NCBI GenBank assembly: GCA_029552985.1 | Contig: JAKPDB010000121.1 | Span: forward strand, 1 to 59,090 | DNA length: 59,090 nucleotides | Direction of reading: 5' to 3' | Source: a bacterium | GTDB lineage: Bacteria; Ratteibacteria; UBA8468; B48-G9; DTJG01 | Shown: positions 9,862-19,047 of the stretch, piece by piece | Layout: each line of letters begins with the position of its first letter | Position numbering within the stretch: position 1 is the stretch's first letter | Position numbers and translations under genes: made by a program | The notes under the pieces: model-generated | The model's input: the letters and a program-made list of their open reading frames with translations, nothing else | What the model was told of the DNA's origin: nothing | The model's database searches: none

Positions 9862-11145
9862 TTACACAAATTGATGGACAACTTCTGAAGCAATTTTTGC
9901 CCATTCAGTCAATCTTGATGGCTGGTGCCTGATGGTGCTGATATCCTTCATTATTACCTCAACGATACAACCATTTTCTTTCATAACTGTTAGATTTTTC
10001 TGCAATTCATTTCTTACAAACTCGTTATCCCACTGTTCACACGCAAGAATTGCTGGATTTGGTTTGTAGGAAATCACATATCTATTTTTTATTTTTTCTG
10101 CTGCAATTTTCACATCCGCACGAGGACTGATCGAAATTTTTCGCAAATTTCCAATTTCCTCAAGGATATGGATTTTGTTATGAAGTGGTTCACAACATCC
10201 GTAATAAGAAAGCCCAAATTTTTCAAGCCATTTTTTCTCATAATTCAATGCAAACTCCTTATGCATGGCAGGTGAAACTTCAGAGAAAATCTGGCTTGTC
10301 GCGAAACCCCACTGCTCTGTTGATGAAATCCCAAGAGCGGAAAACGGCAATTTTGGAAGATCAGATGTATAACCAAATCCGCCGGAACCAATCCTGAAAT
10401 TTCCATTATTTGGCGAAAGAAGTTTCAGTTTTTCAAACTGCTCCAACCTGTAAAGGCTTGCTTCAAGAAATCTTTCAGTAAGAGCATGCGCAAAGGAAGG
10501 TCTTGTCGCCAAAGACAGCAGTGTTTCCTCAACACCAACCAGCATCACCAGCCAATCCCATGGAGCAAACCATATCGCTCCTATGCCATATAATTCAACT
10601 GTTAAATATTTGCTAAAAATTTCTTCGAGTATCTTCTTCCTTTTTTTTGTTTCATCCCAATCAACAGAAATTTCAGGCAATTTTATTTTCTTAATATCAT
10701 TTTCATCTTTTATCTGTGGAACAAAGTGCCTTGAAACAATTCCTGATGATTGAGAACCAGCATATTCTGCTTCAGGTGATATTCCGAAACCTGTATCATA
10801 AATTACCACTGGAAGCCTGTAAACAGGTTCAACAATCATATCTACCCTGGCATTGTGCCACATGTAAAGAAGTGTCTTCAGTTCAAACTCAATTCTTCTG
10901 GCAACCTCATTTTCGCATTGAATGTTAAGTAAACCACAGGACTGAATTTCATGCCATGGAACTTCATTAATCCAGACCACGGGTCTACCTGGTTTCAAGT
11001 CATTGGTTCTTTCCCATTGTGAAATAATTGTAGAATGAACAGGCAGATGCGCGATTTCTGAAATTTCTGCGGCAAGATTTCTAAGAATTACTATATCCTG
11101 GCTTTTTATGTCCTCAAACTTTGAATTGTTTTTTTGCAAACTCAT
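9862..11145 (-). CDS. Uroporphyrinogen decarboxylase (URO-D)/MtaA-like TIM-barrel protein of unknown function
   Basis: SEVSPAMHKEFAL...YYGCCEPLH, ISISPRAD, ISYKPNP motifs typical of URO-D-like families; start uncertain (ATG 11145 overlaps the ackA 3' end). Confidence 0.65.
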   Translation of the reverse strand: MSLQKNNSKFEDIKSQDIVILRNLAAEISEIAHLPVHSTIISQWERTNDLKPGRPVVWINEVPWHEIQSCGLLNIQCENEVARRIEFELKTLLYMWHNARVDMIVEPVYRLPVVIYDTGFGISPEAEYAGSQSSGIVSRHFVPQIKDENDIKKIKLPEISVDWDETKKRKKILEEIFSKYLTVELYGIGAIWFAPWDWLVMLVGVEETLLSLATRPSFAHALTERFLEASLYRLEQFEKLKLLSPNNGNFRIGSGGFGYTSDLPKLPFSALGISSTEQWGFATSQIFSEVSPAMHKEFALNYEKKWLEKFGLSYYGCCEPLHNKIHILEEIGNLRKISISPRADVKIAAEKIKNRYVISYKPNPAILACEQWDNEFVRNELQKNLTVMKENGCIVEVIMKDISTIRHQPSRLTEWAKIASEVVHQFV

Positions 11146-12321
11146 ATGTATCAATGGCTATCGCAAGTTCTTCATTTGTGGGTATTACAAAAACTTTTAT
11201 TTTTGAATCAGGGGTACTAATCTCAGATTCTTTTCCCCTGATATTGTGATTTTTTTGTTTATCGACGACTATACCATATTGCTCAAGACCTTCAAGAGAT
11301 TTTTCCCTGACAATCGGCTGGTTTTCTCCAATCCCTGCAGTAAAAACTATTCCATCAACATTACCAAGAACCGCAAGATAAGCGCCAATGTATTTTTTCC
11401 CCTGTATGAGAAAATTTCTATGGCAAGTTGTGCCATTTTATTACCTTTTGAAGCGCTTTCAACAATACTTCTGAAATCGTTTGAAACACCTGAAATACCG
11501 ATAAGTCCACTTTCTTTGTTTAAAATTTTGTTAACCTCTGATGGGTTCATTTTGAGATTTTCAATAAAGTACAGAATTACACCCGGATCAATATCTCCGC
11601 TTCTTGTTCCCATCACAAGTCCTTCAAGTGGAGTAAATCCCATGCTTGTATCAATAGACCTTCCATTCTTTACAGCAGTGATACTGCATCCATTACCAAG
11701 ATGACAGGTAATAAGGTTCACATCGTATTTATGTTTACCCAGAATCTGAGCAAATCTTCTCGCAACATACCTGTGAGATGTGCCATGAAAACCATATCTT
11801 CTAATCCGGTATTTTTCATAAAAATCGTAAGGCAATGCATAAAGATAAGCAACAGGAGGCAGTGTCGTATGAAAAGCAGTATCAAAACAGGCAACCTGAA
11901 CGCTTTCAGGGAAATACTTTTCTGCAGCAACAATGCCCTGAAAATTTGGGGGATTGTGAAGTGGAGCAAGAGGAATAAATTCTTTAATCTTGTTGGTAAC
12001 CTTTTCATCTATGAGCATGCTGCCAGTAAATTCCTCGCCCCCATGCACTACCCTGTGACCAACTCCTTTGATTTCATTGAGATTTTTTACTGCACCGCAG
12101 GAAGGGTCTACAAGAAGTTTCGCAATAATTTCCAGGCCATGATTGTGGTCAGGAATTTCTTGAGTGTTGTTAATTGAAAAACCGTCTTTTGAATATTTCA
12201 CAATGGCATCAGGAGCGCCAATTTTTTCAATCAGTCCTAAGGCGACCAGCGTATTTTCAGGCATGCTGAACAGTTTGAACTTAATTGAGGAACTGCCACA
12301 ATTAATCACAAGGATTTTCAT
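11114..12321 (-). pseudogene. ackA: Acetate kinase with a single-base frameshift near 11393-11402 (pseudogene, sequencing error or recoded gene)
   Basis: ILVINCGSSSIK, GHRVVHGG, APLHNP, FDTAFH, YGFHGTSH, HLGNGCS, GTRSGD in the 12321 frame; the conserved C-terminus (KKYIGAY...FTAGIGEN...IPTNEELAIA, stop at 11114) continues in the -1 frame. Confidence 0.9.
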
Positions 12322-12560
12322 TTCAGGTATTTGTTGATAAAATCGACTGCCTTACCGACTGTTTTGACCTGAAGCGCTGCATCTTCTTCCATCTCTATTC
12401 CAAATTCTTCCTCAAATGCTGCAACAAGTTCTAAACTTTGAACACTTTCAGCACCCAGGTCTTCCACAAATCTGCTTTCAGGTGTAATAATGCTTTCGTC
12501 CACGCCAAGAATTCTGCTTACAACTTCTTTTACCCTTTTTTCAATTTCCTGTCTTTCCAT
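12318..12560 (-). CDS. acpP: Acyl carrier protein
   Basis: Acidic 80-aa protein with DLGAESVQSLELVAAFEEEFGIEM; the phosphopantetheine Ser lies in a GAES rather than GADS context. Confidence 0.85.
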   Translation of the reverse strand: MERQEIEKRVKEVVSRILGVDESIITPESRFVEDLGAESVQSLELVAAFEEEFGIEMEEDAALQVKTVGKAVDFINKYLK

Positions 12561-12571
12561 TGTTGCCCCTT

Positions 12572-13822
12572 TTATGTTTTTGCCTTTGAACTTTTCGAAA
12601 TATATGCCTTTCTCATTTCTGCTGTGATTTCATAAACTTTTCTGATGACATGTTCTTCTTCTGGTGTTAGAATTCTTTTTCTTCTTTCCATTGCGGCACG
12701 AGCTGTTTTCAACATCATTTCAAGTCCAAAACCCTTCATGAATTTATTGTTTACGTACCAGACAAAAGAAGGAAAAAACTTTGGAAGTATTCCACCAGCA
12801 GTGATATTACACATTACCCCAGCAGATGTTCCTGTATTGAACAGTGTACCAATGCTTGTTTTCGTATGGTCTCCAATAAACGAACCTACCTTTAAGTCTC
12901 CTGTATCAATTGGTTTACCGTTGACATATACTGTCACTGTGGAATAATCGTTTTTCAAATCACTGTTTGTGGTCAGTGCTCCGAGATTAACAAATTCTCC
13001 GATATATGCATGGCCCACAAAACCATCATGATACTTATTTGAATATCCCTGGATGATGCTTTCTTCAAGTTCACCGCCAATTCTGCACACAGGACCGATA
13101 CTGTTACCTTCCCTGATACTGGCACCAGGCATGATATGGGTATCCTCTCCTATATAGCAGGGTCCCTCAATCCTTGAAAATGGAAAAATCTTTGCCTTTT
13201 TATCAATAAATACAGGTCCAGAACTTGTATCCAGCACGACAAATGGATGAATTTCAGCGCCTTCTGCAATAAAGATATCATCAGGACCCTTGACCAATGC
13301 CTGCGGAGAAAAAGTACCTTCAATACCCCTTTTACCACTGGAGAGAAAATCTTTCCTTAACATTTCAGGATTCTCATGAATAAAATTCCATGGAAAACGC
13401 ATCAGTTTCGCTTTAACATTTGCTGAAGGTAATGTTTTCACAAAATCAAGAATTTCAGAAAGATTTTTACCCGCAATCTTTGAAGCATTCTCCTTTTTTA
13501 TAAAAGCATAGACAACTTCATTATCGCATACATAAACTGCCTGTTTGTCTGTATAGAATTCTGACTCAGCAAGGACTCTTCCATCAACAATTAACAGGTC
13601 ATCATTCAATTCGCCGCTCTGATTAACTGGATATTGGTATTTTTTTCTTACCAGATCTACAAGATAATCTCTCACAAAAAATACAACATCCTCAGTTTTT
13701 GCTTTCATCAAAATTCTTTCCAGAAGTGAATACATACCACATCTCAATTCAAAAACAGGCCTGATGTAACTTAATGGCGTAAGATTTATCCAGTCATCAT
13801 TTTCATAAATCAACAATTTCAT
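12572..13822 (-). CDS. GlmU-like protein: atypical nucleotidyltransferase-like N-domain plus left-handed beta-helix acetyltransferase domain
   Basis: LTPLSYIRPVFELRCG N-terminus without GxGxR; hexapeptide repeats; NKYHDGFVGHAYIGEFVNLGALTTNSDLKND; GSFIGDHTK. Confidence 0.75.
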   Translation of the reverse strand: MKLLIYENDDWINLTPLSYIRPVFELRCGMYSLLERILMKAKTEDVVFFVRDYLVDLVRKKYQYPVNQSGELNDDLLIVDGRVLAESEFYTDKQAVYVCDNEVVYAFIKKENASKIAGKNLSEILDFVKTLPSANVKAKLMRFPWNFIHENPEMLRKDFLSSGKRGIEGTFSPQALVKGPDDIFIAEGAEIHPFVVLDTSSGPVFIDKKAKIFPFSRIEGPCYIGEDTHIMPGASIREGNSIGPVCRIGGELEESIIQGYSNKYHDGFVGHAYIGEFVNLGALTTNSDLKNDYSTVTVYVNGKPIDTGDLKVGSFIGDHTKTSIGTLFNTGTSAGVMCNITAGGILPKFFPSFVWYVNNKFMKGFGLEMMLKTARAAMERRKRILTPEEEHVIRKVYEITAEMRKAYISKSSKAKT

Positions 13823-13834
13823 TGAAACTCCCTG

Positions 13835-14806
13835 TTAAGAAAGCAGGCAAGTAATGGCTGCTACAGCAACAATATCTTCTGGTTTTGCTCCTCTGGAAAG
13901 GTCGCTCACTGGCTTTGCAAAGCCCTGAAGTACAGGTCCATACGCCTTTGCGCCAGCAAGATATTGAGTGATTTTATAACCAATATTTCCTGCGTCAAGG
14001 TCAGGAAATATTAATACATTTGCCCTTCCTGCAACCTCGCCAATTTCTTTTAATTTTTTCCTTGCGACAGTTTCTGAAACAGCTGTATCAACCTGAAATT
14101 CGCCATCATATGCAGTTTCAGGGTCTTTGTCTTTTGCAATCTCTACTGCTTTTACAACCTTTTCAACATCAGGGTGAGATGCACTGCCCTTTGAAGAAAA
14201 TGATAGAAAAGCAACAAGTGGCTTTTCGTTCATCAATTTTTTGAAACTGCTGGCCGTAGCAATTCCTATATCAGCAAGGGTTTCGCTATCCGGAGAAATA
14301 TTGACTGCGCAGTCAGCGAAAAAGTAGATTTTACTGTCAGGCATTTCCATGATGAAAAAACTCGATGCCTTTGAAATATTTTTCTGATAACCAGCTGTTA
14401 ATGCTGCTGCCTGAATCACATCGGCAGTCGTGCTTGCTGCTCCAGCAACCATTGCATCTACCCTTCCTGACGCCACCATCATACCTCCAAAAATCAATGG
14501 CTTTTTTACAAGACGCAATGCAACCTTTTCAGAAACATTTGGTCTTTGTTTCTGATAAAGGAAGGCAAATTCATTTATAAGTTCAGTATCATTGATGTCC
14601 ACAATGTTAATCCCAGAACAGGATTTCCCACATTTTTCAAAAGCAGCCATAATTTCTTCTGGGATCCCACATAGCACTGGTTTTGCAACTGACTTTTCCA
14701 CCAAAAGGACAGCGGCTTCAATAATACGAGGATCATTGCTCTCTGGCAAAATCACACTTTTATCAAGAGAACTTGTCCGTTGAATTAATGTGTTCAGAAT
14801 ACCCAT
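13835..14806 (-). CDS. pta: Phosphate acetyltransferase
   Basis: ILPESNDPR, FLSFSSKGSA, DGEFQVDTAV, LIFPDLDAGNIGYK, GPVLQGFAKPVSDLSRG. Confidence 0.93.
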   Translation of the reverse strand: MGILNTLIQRTSSLDKSVILPESNDPRIIEAAVLLVEKSVAKPVLCGIPEEIMAAFEKCGKSCSGINIVDINDTELINEFAFLYQKQRPNVSEKVALRLVKKPLIFGGMMVASGRVDAMVAGAASTTADVIQAAALTAGYQKNISKASSFFIMEMPDSKIYFFADCAVNISPDSETLADIGIATASSFKKLMNEKPLVAFLSFSSKGSASHPDVEKVVKAVEIAKDKDPETAYDGEFQVDTAVSETVARKKLKEIGEVAGRANVLIFPDLDAGNIGYKITQYLAGAKAYGPVLQGFAKPVSDLSRGAKPEDIVAVAAITCLLS

Positions 14807-14809
14807 CGT

Positions 14810-15598
14810 TTAGAAAATTTCTTTACCGAGTTTTTTCTCTGCCTCTTCGACAAATTTATAATAATTAATCCTTTTGAGTTCAGAAGCAGCTTCTTCATCA
14901 AGAAAATAACTAACCTTTGGATGCATCTGGAGCGCTGATGCAGAAATCATGCTTGTTAAAGGTCCCTCTATTGCTTGGGCAATGGCTTTTGCCTTATTCT
15001 TCCCATTTGCGATAAGGATAATCTCCTTTGCTTCAAGAATAGTCCCAACACCCATACTCAAAGCAAATCGTGGAACTTGGTTTTTATCTTCAAAAAATCT
15101 TGAATTATCTTCAATCGTCTGAGCATCAAGAGCCACAAGACGTGTTCTCGACGCCAGAGATGAACCTGGCTCATTAAAGGCGATATGGCCATCACTGCCT
15201 ATTCCAAGCACCTGTAAGTCAATCCCGCCTGCCTCCTTTATCTTCTGCTCGTAATGTCGACAGAATTCTTCCCAATCCTGAGCCGTACCATCAGGAACCA
15301 TGGTGTTTGCTTTGTCAATGTCTATGTGGTCAAAAAGATTGGTATTCATAAAATACCTGTAGCTTTGGGGGTGGTCTCCTTTCAATCCATAGTATTCATC
15401 AAGATTAAAGGTCTTCACTTTTTTGAAACTGACTACACCTTTCTTATTCAAATTGATTAATTCTCTATACAACCCGAGCGGACTTGAACCTGTAGCAAGA
15501 CCGAGCACAAATTCTGGCTTTTTTTCAATTCTTGATGTGACGAGTTTTGCTGCTTCAACACTGATTTCTTCATATGTTTTCCTGATTATCACCCTCAT
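14810..15598 (-). CDS. nagB: Glucosamine-6-phosphate deaminase
   Basis: LGLATGSSP, FNLDEY, GGIDLQVLGIGSDGHIAFNEP, SMGVGTI; start ATG 15598 after AGGAGG. Confidence 0.95.
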   Translation of the reverse strand: MRVIIRKTYEEISVEAAKLVTSRIEKKPEFVLGLATGSSPLGLYRELINLNKKGVVSFKKVKTFNLDEYYGLKGDHPQSYRYFMNTNLFDHIDIDKANTMVPDGTAQDWEEFCRHYEQKIKEAGGIDLQVLGIGSDGHIAFNEPGSSLASRTRLVALDAQTIEDNSRFFEDKNQVPRFALSMGVGTILEAKEIILIANGKNKAKAIAQAIEGPLTSMISASALQMHPKVSYFLDEEAASELKRINYYKFVEEAEKKLGKEIF

Positions 15599-16925
15599 TT
15601 TCGTCCTCCTCAGAAATATGAGATTCACCCAAATGTTTCAAGCCCAGTGAAATTTTTTTGGCCTCAGGGTCTATTTCAAGTATGAGAACATCAATTTTCT
15701 GCCCCTTTCTCAAAACTTCAGATGGATGTTTAATCTGGATATCAGAAATGTTTGAGATGTGAAGAAGGCCATCAATACCCTTTTCTATTTCCACAAATGC
15801 GCCAAAATCAGTGATGTGGTAAACCTTGCCCTTTACCACGCTTCCAACTGGATACTTCTTTACTATTTCTGGCCAAGGATTCTGTTCCATTTGTCTAAGG
15901 CTGAAAGATATTTTTTGCTCATCTTTTTTAATGTCAATCACCTTCAGTTTCACAACATCACCCATAGCGACTACATCAGAGGGATGTCTTACCCTGCCTG
16001 TCCATGAAAATTCAGAAATATGAAGCAAGCCCTCTATTCCATCCTCAAGTTTTATAAATGCACCATAATCCGTGATATTCACAACCTTGCCATCAACAAT
16101 AGAACCCACAGGATACTTTGTTTCCACATCGTCCCATGGATTTTTTGTCTTTTGTTTCAATCCAAAAGAAACAACCTGTTTTTCCATATTTACATCAAGA
16201 ACAACTACTTCAATTTCTTCTCCAACTGAAATCATCTGGGATGGATGTGTGATTCTTCCCCATGCCATATCATTCAGATGCAAAAGACCCACAACTCCGT
16301 TGTCAGTTTCAATAAATGCACCATAATCAACGAGATTTTTTACCTTGCCCTTTATAATTGTTCCTTTTTCAAGTGTTTGCAGGAACTGTCGTTTTTTTTC
16401 CTCTTTTTCTTCTTCAAGATATTTTCTTCTTGAGACAACAACATTTTTCCTCTGTTTGTCAATCTTGATAATTTTGAATAAACTCTGCATATTGATGAAT
16501 TGAGACGGATTTGTCACTGGCTTGATGTCTGTTTGCGAACCAGGGAGAAACGCAAGAATTCCTATGTCAACCTTAAAACCACCCTTCACCCTTTGAAGAA
16601 TTGTTCCTGTAATTGGCTTATCCTCTTCATAATGCTTTTCAATTTTATCCCAGTTCAGCATAATATCTGCTTTTTCCTTTGAAAGCAGTATCAGGCCATT
16701 AGGGTCTGGATCCAGGGATTCAACAATCAGGTCAACCTGAGTTCCTGGTTTTATTTTATCCTGCTCACTTTTGAACTCTTCTCGAAGAACATAGCCCTCG
16801 GTTTTATAACCAAAGTCAACTATTACCTCTTTATCAACCCTGACCACAGTACCTTTAATGAGAGAACCCGGCTTAAAAGACAGTAATTTCTCTTCCAGAA
16901 TTTTTCCAACATCCATGCCCTCCAT
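15570..16925 (-). CDS. rpsA: 30S ribosomal protein S1 (five S1 repeats)
   Basis: Repeated DYGAF...GLLHISE motifs; five S1 domains counted; located downstream of ispH. Confidence 0.93.
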   Translation of the reverse strand: MEGMDVGKILEEKLLSFKPGSLIKGTVVRVDKEVIVDFGYKTEGYVLREEFKSEQDKIKPGTQVDLIVESLDPDPNGLILLSKEKADIMLNWDKIEKHYEEDKPITGTILQRVKGGFKVDIGILAFLPGSQTDIKPVTNPSQFINMQSLFKIIKIDKQRKNVVVSRRKYLEEEKEEKKRQFLQTLEKGTIIKGKVKNLVDYGAFIETDNGVVGLLHLNDMAWGRITHPSQMISVGEEIEVVVLDVNMEKQVVSFGLKQKTKNPWDDVETKYPVGSIVDGKVVNITDYGAFIKLEDGIEGLLHISEFSWTGRVRHPSDVVAMGDVVKLKVIDIKKDEQKISFSLRQMEQNPWPEIVKKYPVGSVVKGKVYHITDFGAFVEIEKGIDGLLHISNISDIQIKHPSEVLRKGQKIDVLILEIDPEAKKISLGLKHLGESHISEEDENEGDNQENI

Positions 16926-16931
16926 TTTATG

Positions 16932-17801
16932 TTACCTCCTGTATTTTTTTTGCGCTGGATGGTCACTCAAAACATCAATCATCTCCCTGATACACCTGAC
17001 ATCCGTAGACGCACCAGAGATTATACCAATTTTTTCGAAATTTGCAAGATTCAAATTTTTTACCTCTGATGAAGATTCAATCAAAAATGTATTTTTATTA
17101 ACTTTTCTACCGATATGAACAAGTTTTCTCGTATTTGAACTTTTTCTACCTCCCACAACAATCAGGGCATCCACCTTCTGCGCTAGTTCAAGCGCTTCTG
17201 ACTGTCTCTTTATACTCACAGGACAGATTGTATTAAAAATTGTAAGTTTTTCAGCAGGAAGTGTGTTGATAATTTTTTTGATGGCAGTCCTGTAAAGGTC
17301 AAGAGAAATAGTCGTCTGCGCAATAATTGCCCATTTTTTCAGGTGTATTGAACTGGTGTCAAATTTCTGATATGGCCTTATGACCATGGAGTTGTCTCCT
17401 GCGATTTTTTTCATCGCCTTTATTTCAGGATGTTCTGGGTCTCCGATTAGAAAAATAAAATATCGCCGCGAAGATAAATCTTTGACAAGATTCTGAACCT
17501 TCTTTACAAATGGACATGTGGCATCATAAATTTTTGTCGCGTATTGCTTCAGTTTCTGAAGAACATCTGGTGGAAGCCCATGAGACCTTATTATAAACGG
17601 ATAGTTTCTGGCTTCAGATATATTCTCTATCACCCTCAATCCCTTCTCCTTTAATTCTGACATCACAATGGGATTATGAACAAGGTCTCCAAACGTAGCA
17701 AGGCATCCATATTCATTCAAAACTTTTTTTGCAGTTGTGACTGCTTTTGTGACGCCAAAACAAAAACCAATCGATCTGCCGACTATGATTTTTCTTGCCA
17801 T
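16932..17801 (-). CDS. ispH: 4-hydroxy-3-methylbut-2-enyl diphosphate reductase
   Basis: GFCFGV, LVHN, RSHG, DATCPFV, HPE, QTT, NTIC, SSNT. Confidence 0.93.
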   Translation of the reverse strand: MARKIIVGRSIGFCFGVTKAVTTAKKVLNEYGCLATFGDLVHNPIVMSELKEKGLRVIENISEARNYPFIIRSHGLPPDVLQKLKQYATKIYDATCPFVKKVQNLVKDLSSRRYFIFLIGDPEHPEIKAMKKIAGDNSMVIRPYQKFDTSSIHLKKWAIIAQTTISLDLYRTAIKKIINTLPAEKLTIFNTICPVSIKRQSEALELAQKVDALIVVGGRKSSNTRKLVHIGRKVNKNTFLIESSSEVKNLNLANFEKIGIISGASTDVRCIREMIDVLSDHPAQKKYRR

Positions 17802-18424
17802 TTTGAAAGCTCCACGATTTTTTTCATAACATCCTGCGCCACTTCTTCATATGTCTGCTGCCGGTTATAAACCACCTGTTCTCCCACCCTGATAACAATT
17901 TTTCCTGGCCTGATAAAATTCCTTCCAGGTGGCATGGCTCTGAAAGAACCTTTTATATAAACAGGTACCACAGGCACTTCTGCACGAAGTACAATAAAAC
18001 CAATTCCTGGTCTGGCAGGTAGAAACTGACCTGTTCGTGAACGAGTCCCTTCAGGAAAAATCAGCAGTCCCTTTCCCTTTTTTATCACATTCAATGCCAT
18101 TCTGACGTCGGATTTCCCCATGCTGGACTTTGAAAGTGGAATCGCTCCAAGTCGGGTAATCAACATGCCAAAAAGACCAACCAGTTGCTCCTGCTTGGTG
18201 AAATATGCAATAGGCTTCGGACAAATATATCCCAGAAGTGGGGGGTCAAGAAAACTTGTATGGTTGGCGGCAATTACAAACTTTCCTGAACGCGGAATAT
18301 TTTCTTTTCCATAAACCTCTAAATGAAAAAAAAGCTTGAAAATGAAAAATCCAAGAATTTTTGCAGCCATCCACAATAACCTATTTGATTCTCCTGCTGG
18401 ATATTCTGCTGATAAGCTCCTCAT
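17783..18424 (-). CDS. plsC: 1-acyl-sn-glycerol-3-phosphate acyltransferase
   Basis: ANHTSFLDP (NHxxxxD), IFPEGTRS, GIGFI; start ATG 18424 after GAGGGG. Confidence 0.88.
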   Translation of the reverse strand: MRSLSAEYPAGESNRLLWMAAKILGFFIFKLFFHLEVYGKENIPRSGKFVIAANHTSFLDPPLLGYICPKPIAYFTKQEQLVGLFGMLITRLGAIPLSKSSMGKSDVRMALNVIKKGKGLLIFPEGTRSRTGQFLPARPGIGFIVLRAEVPVVPVYIKGSFRAMPPGRNFIRPGKIVIRVGEQVVYNRQQTYEEVAQDVMKKIVELSKWQEKS

Positions 18425-18794
18425 ATCTTTTGTCCCCTCTAAGACCAGCAAGGTCAGGGTCTTCTTTCAAATGTCTGAAGTCGCTATATCCAAGTATTAT
18501 GGCAATATTCAAGTACATTAGTGCCTCTTCCTTTTTCCCCATCAAAGCACAATCACAGGCAATATTATAATAATGAATAGGTTCAAGCGGTTGCAAAAAA
18601 GCAAGCCGCTTGTCAATGGCAAGACCTGCTTCAAAATCTCCTGATTTTGTACATAAATCGCCCAAAACCTCAAGTGCCTCAATATAATCAGGATTTTCTT
18701 CAACAATCTCCTTGAGAAAGAGATATCGTTTACTTTTTAATGTTTTTCTGTGCAAAATTTTTTTCCGTGCTGATTGCAATTTTTTATTTTTCAA
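18381..18794 (-). CDS. TPR-repeat protein
   Basis: NPDYIEALEVLGDL...GLAIDKRL...YYNIACDCALMGKKEEAL...DPDLAGLR helical-repeat pattern. Confidence 0.75.
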   Translation of the reverse strand: MKNKKLQSARKKILHRKTLKSKRYLFLKEIVEENPDYIEALEVLGDLCTKSGDFEAGLAIDKRLAFLQPLEPIHYYNIACDCALMGKKEEALMYLNIAIILGYSDFRHLKEDPDLAGLRGDKRYEELISRISSRRIK

Positions 18795-19047
18795 TGATAT
18801 CCTCCAGTAATGTGATTGCTATTACTTTTTCTTTTGCCACAATTGTTTTCTTACGATTGACAACAAGGCCATCCTTTTTGATCCTCACAAGGTATTCATG
18901 TTTTGTCATATTGACTTCGGAAACGTCAAAAGCATCAGCCTCTGAAAGATAATAATAATGACTGTCTTCGCCTTCCAGTACTCCGATGTAAATCCAGTTT
19001 GTTGAAGTATCCAGAACCACCCTTTTTGAAATAAAAGTATCCTTCAT
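18784..19047 (-). CDS. Small conserved hypothetical protein, possible Sm/LSm-like fold
   Basis: 87 aa; VVLDT..WIYIGVL...YYLSEADAFD beta-strand pattern; overlaps both neighbours. Confidence 0.55.
   Translation of the reverse strand: MKDTFISKRVVLDTSTNWIYIGVLEGEDSHYYYLSEADAFDVSEVNMTKHEYLVRIKKDGLVVNRKKTIVAKEKVIAITLLEDIIEK

Noticed and set aside
11246-11704. 152-aa plus-strand ORF spanning the ackA frameshift
   Set aside because: Antisense shadow of ackA with no recognisable motifs, SD or promoter.
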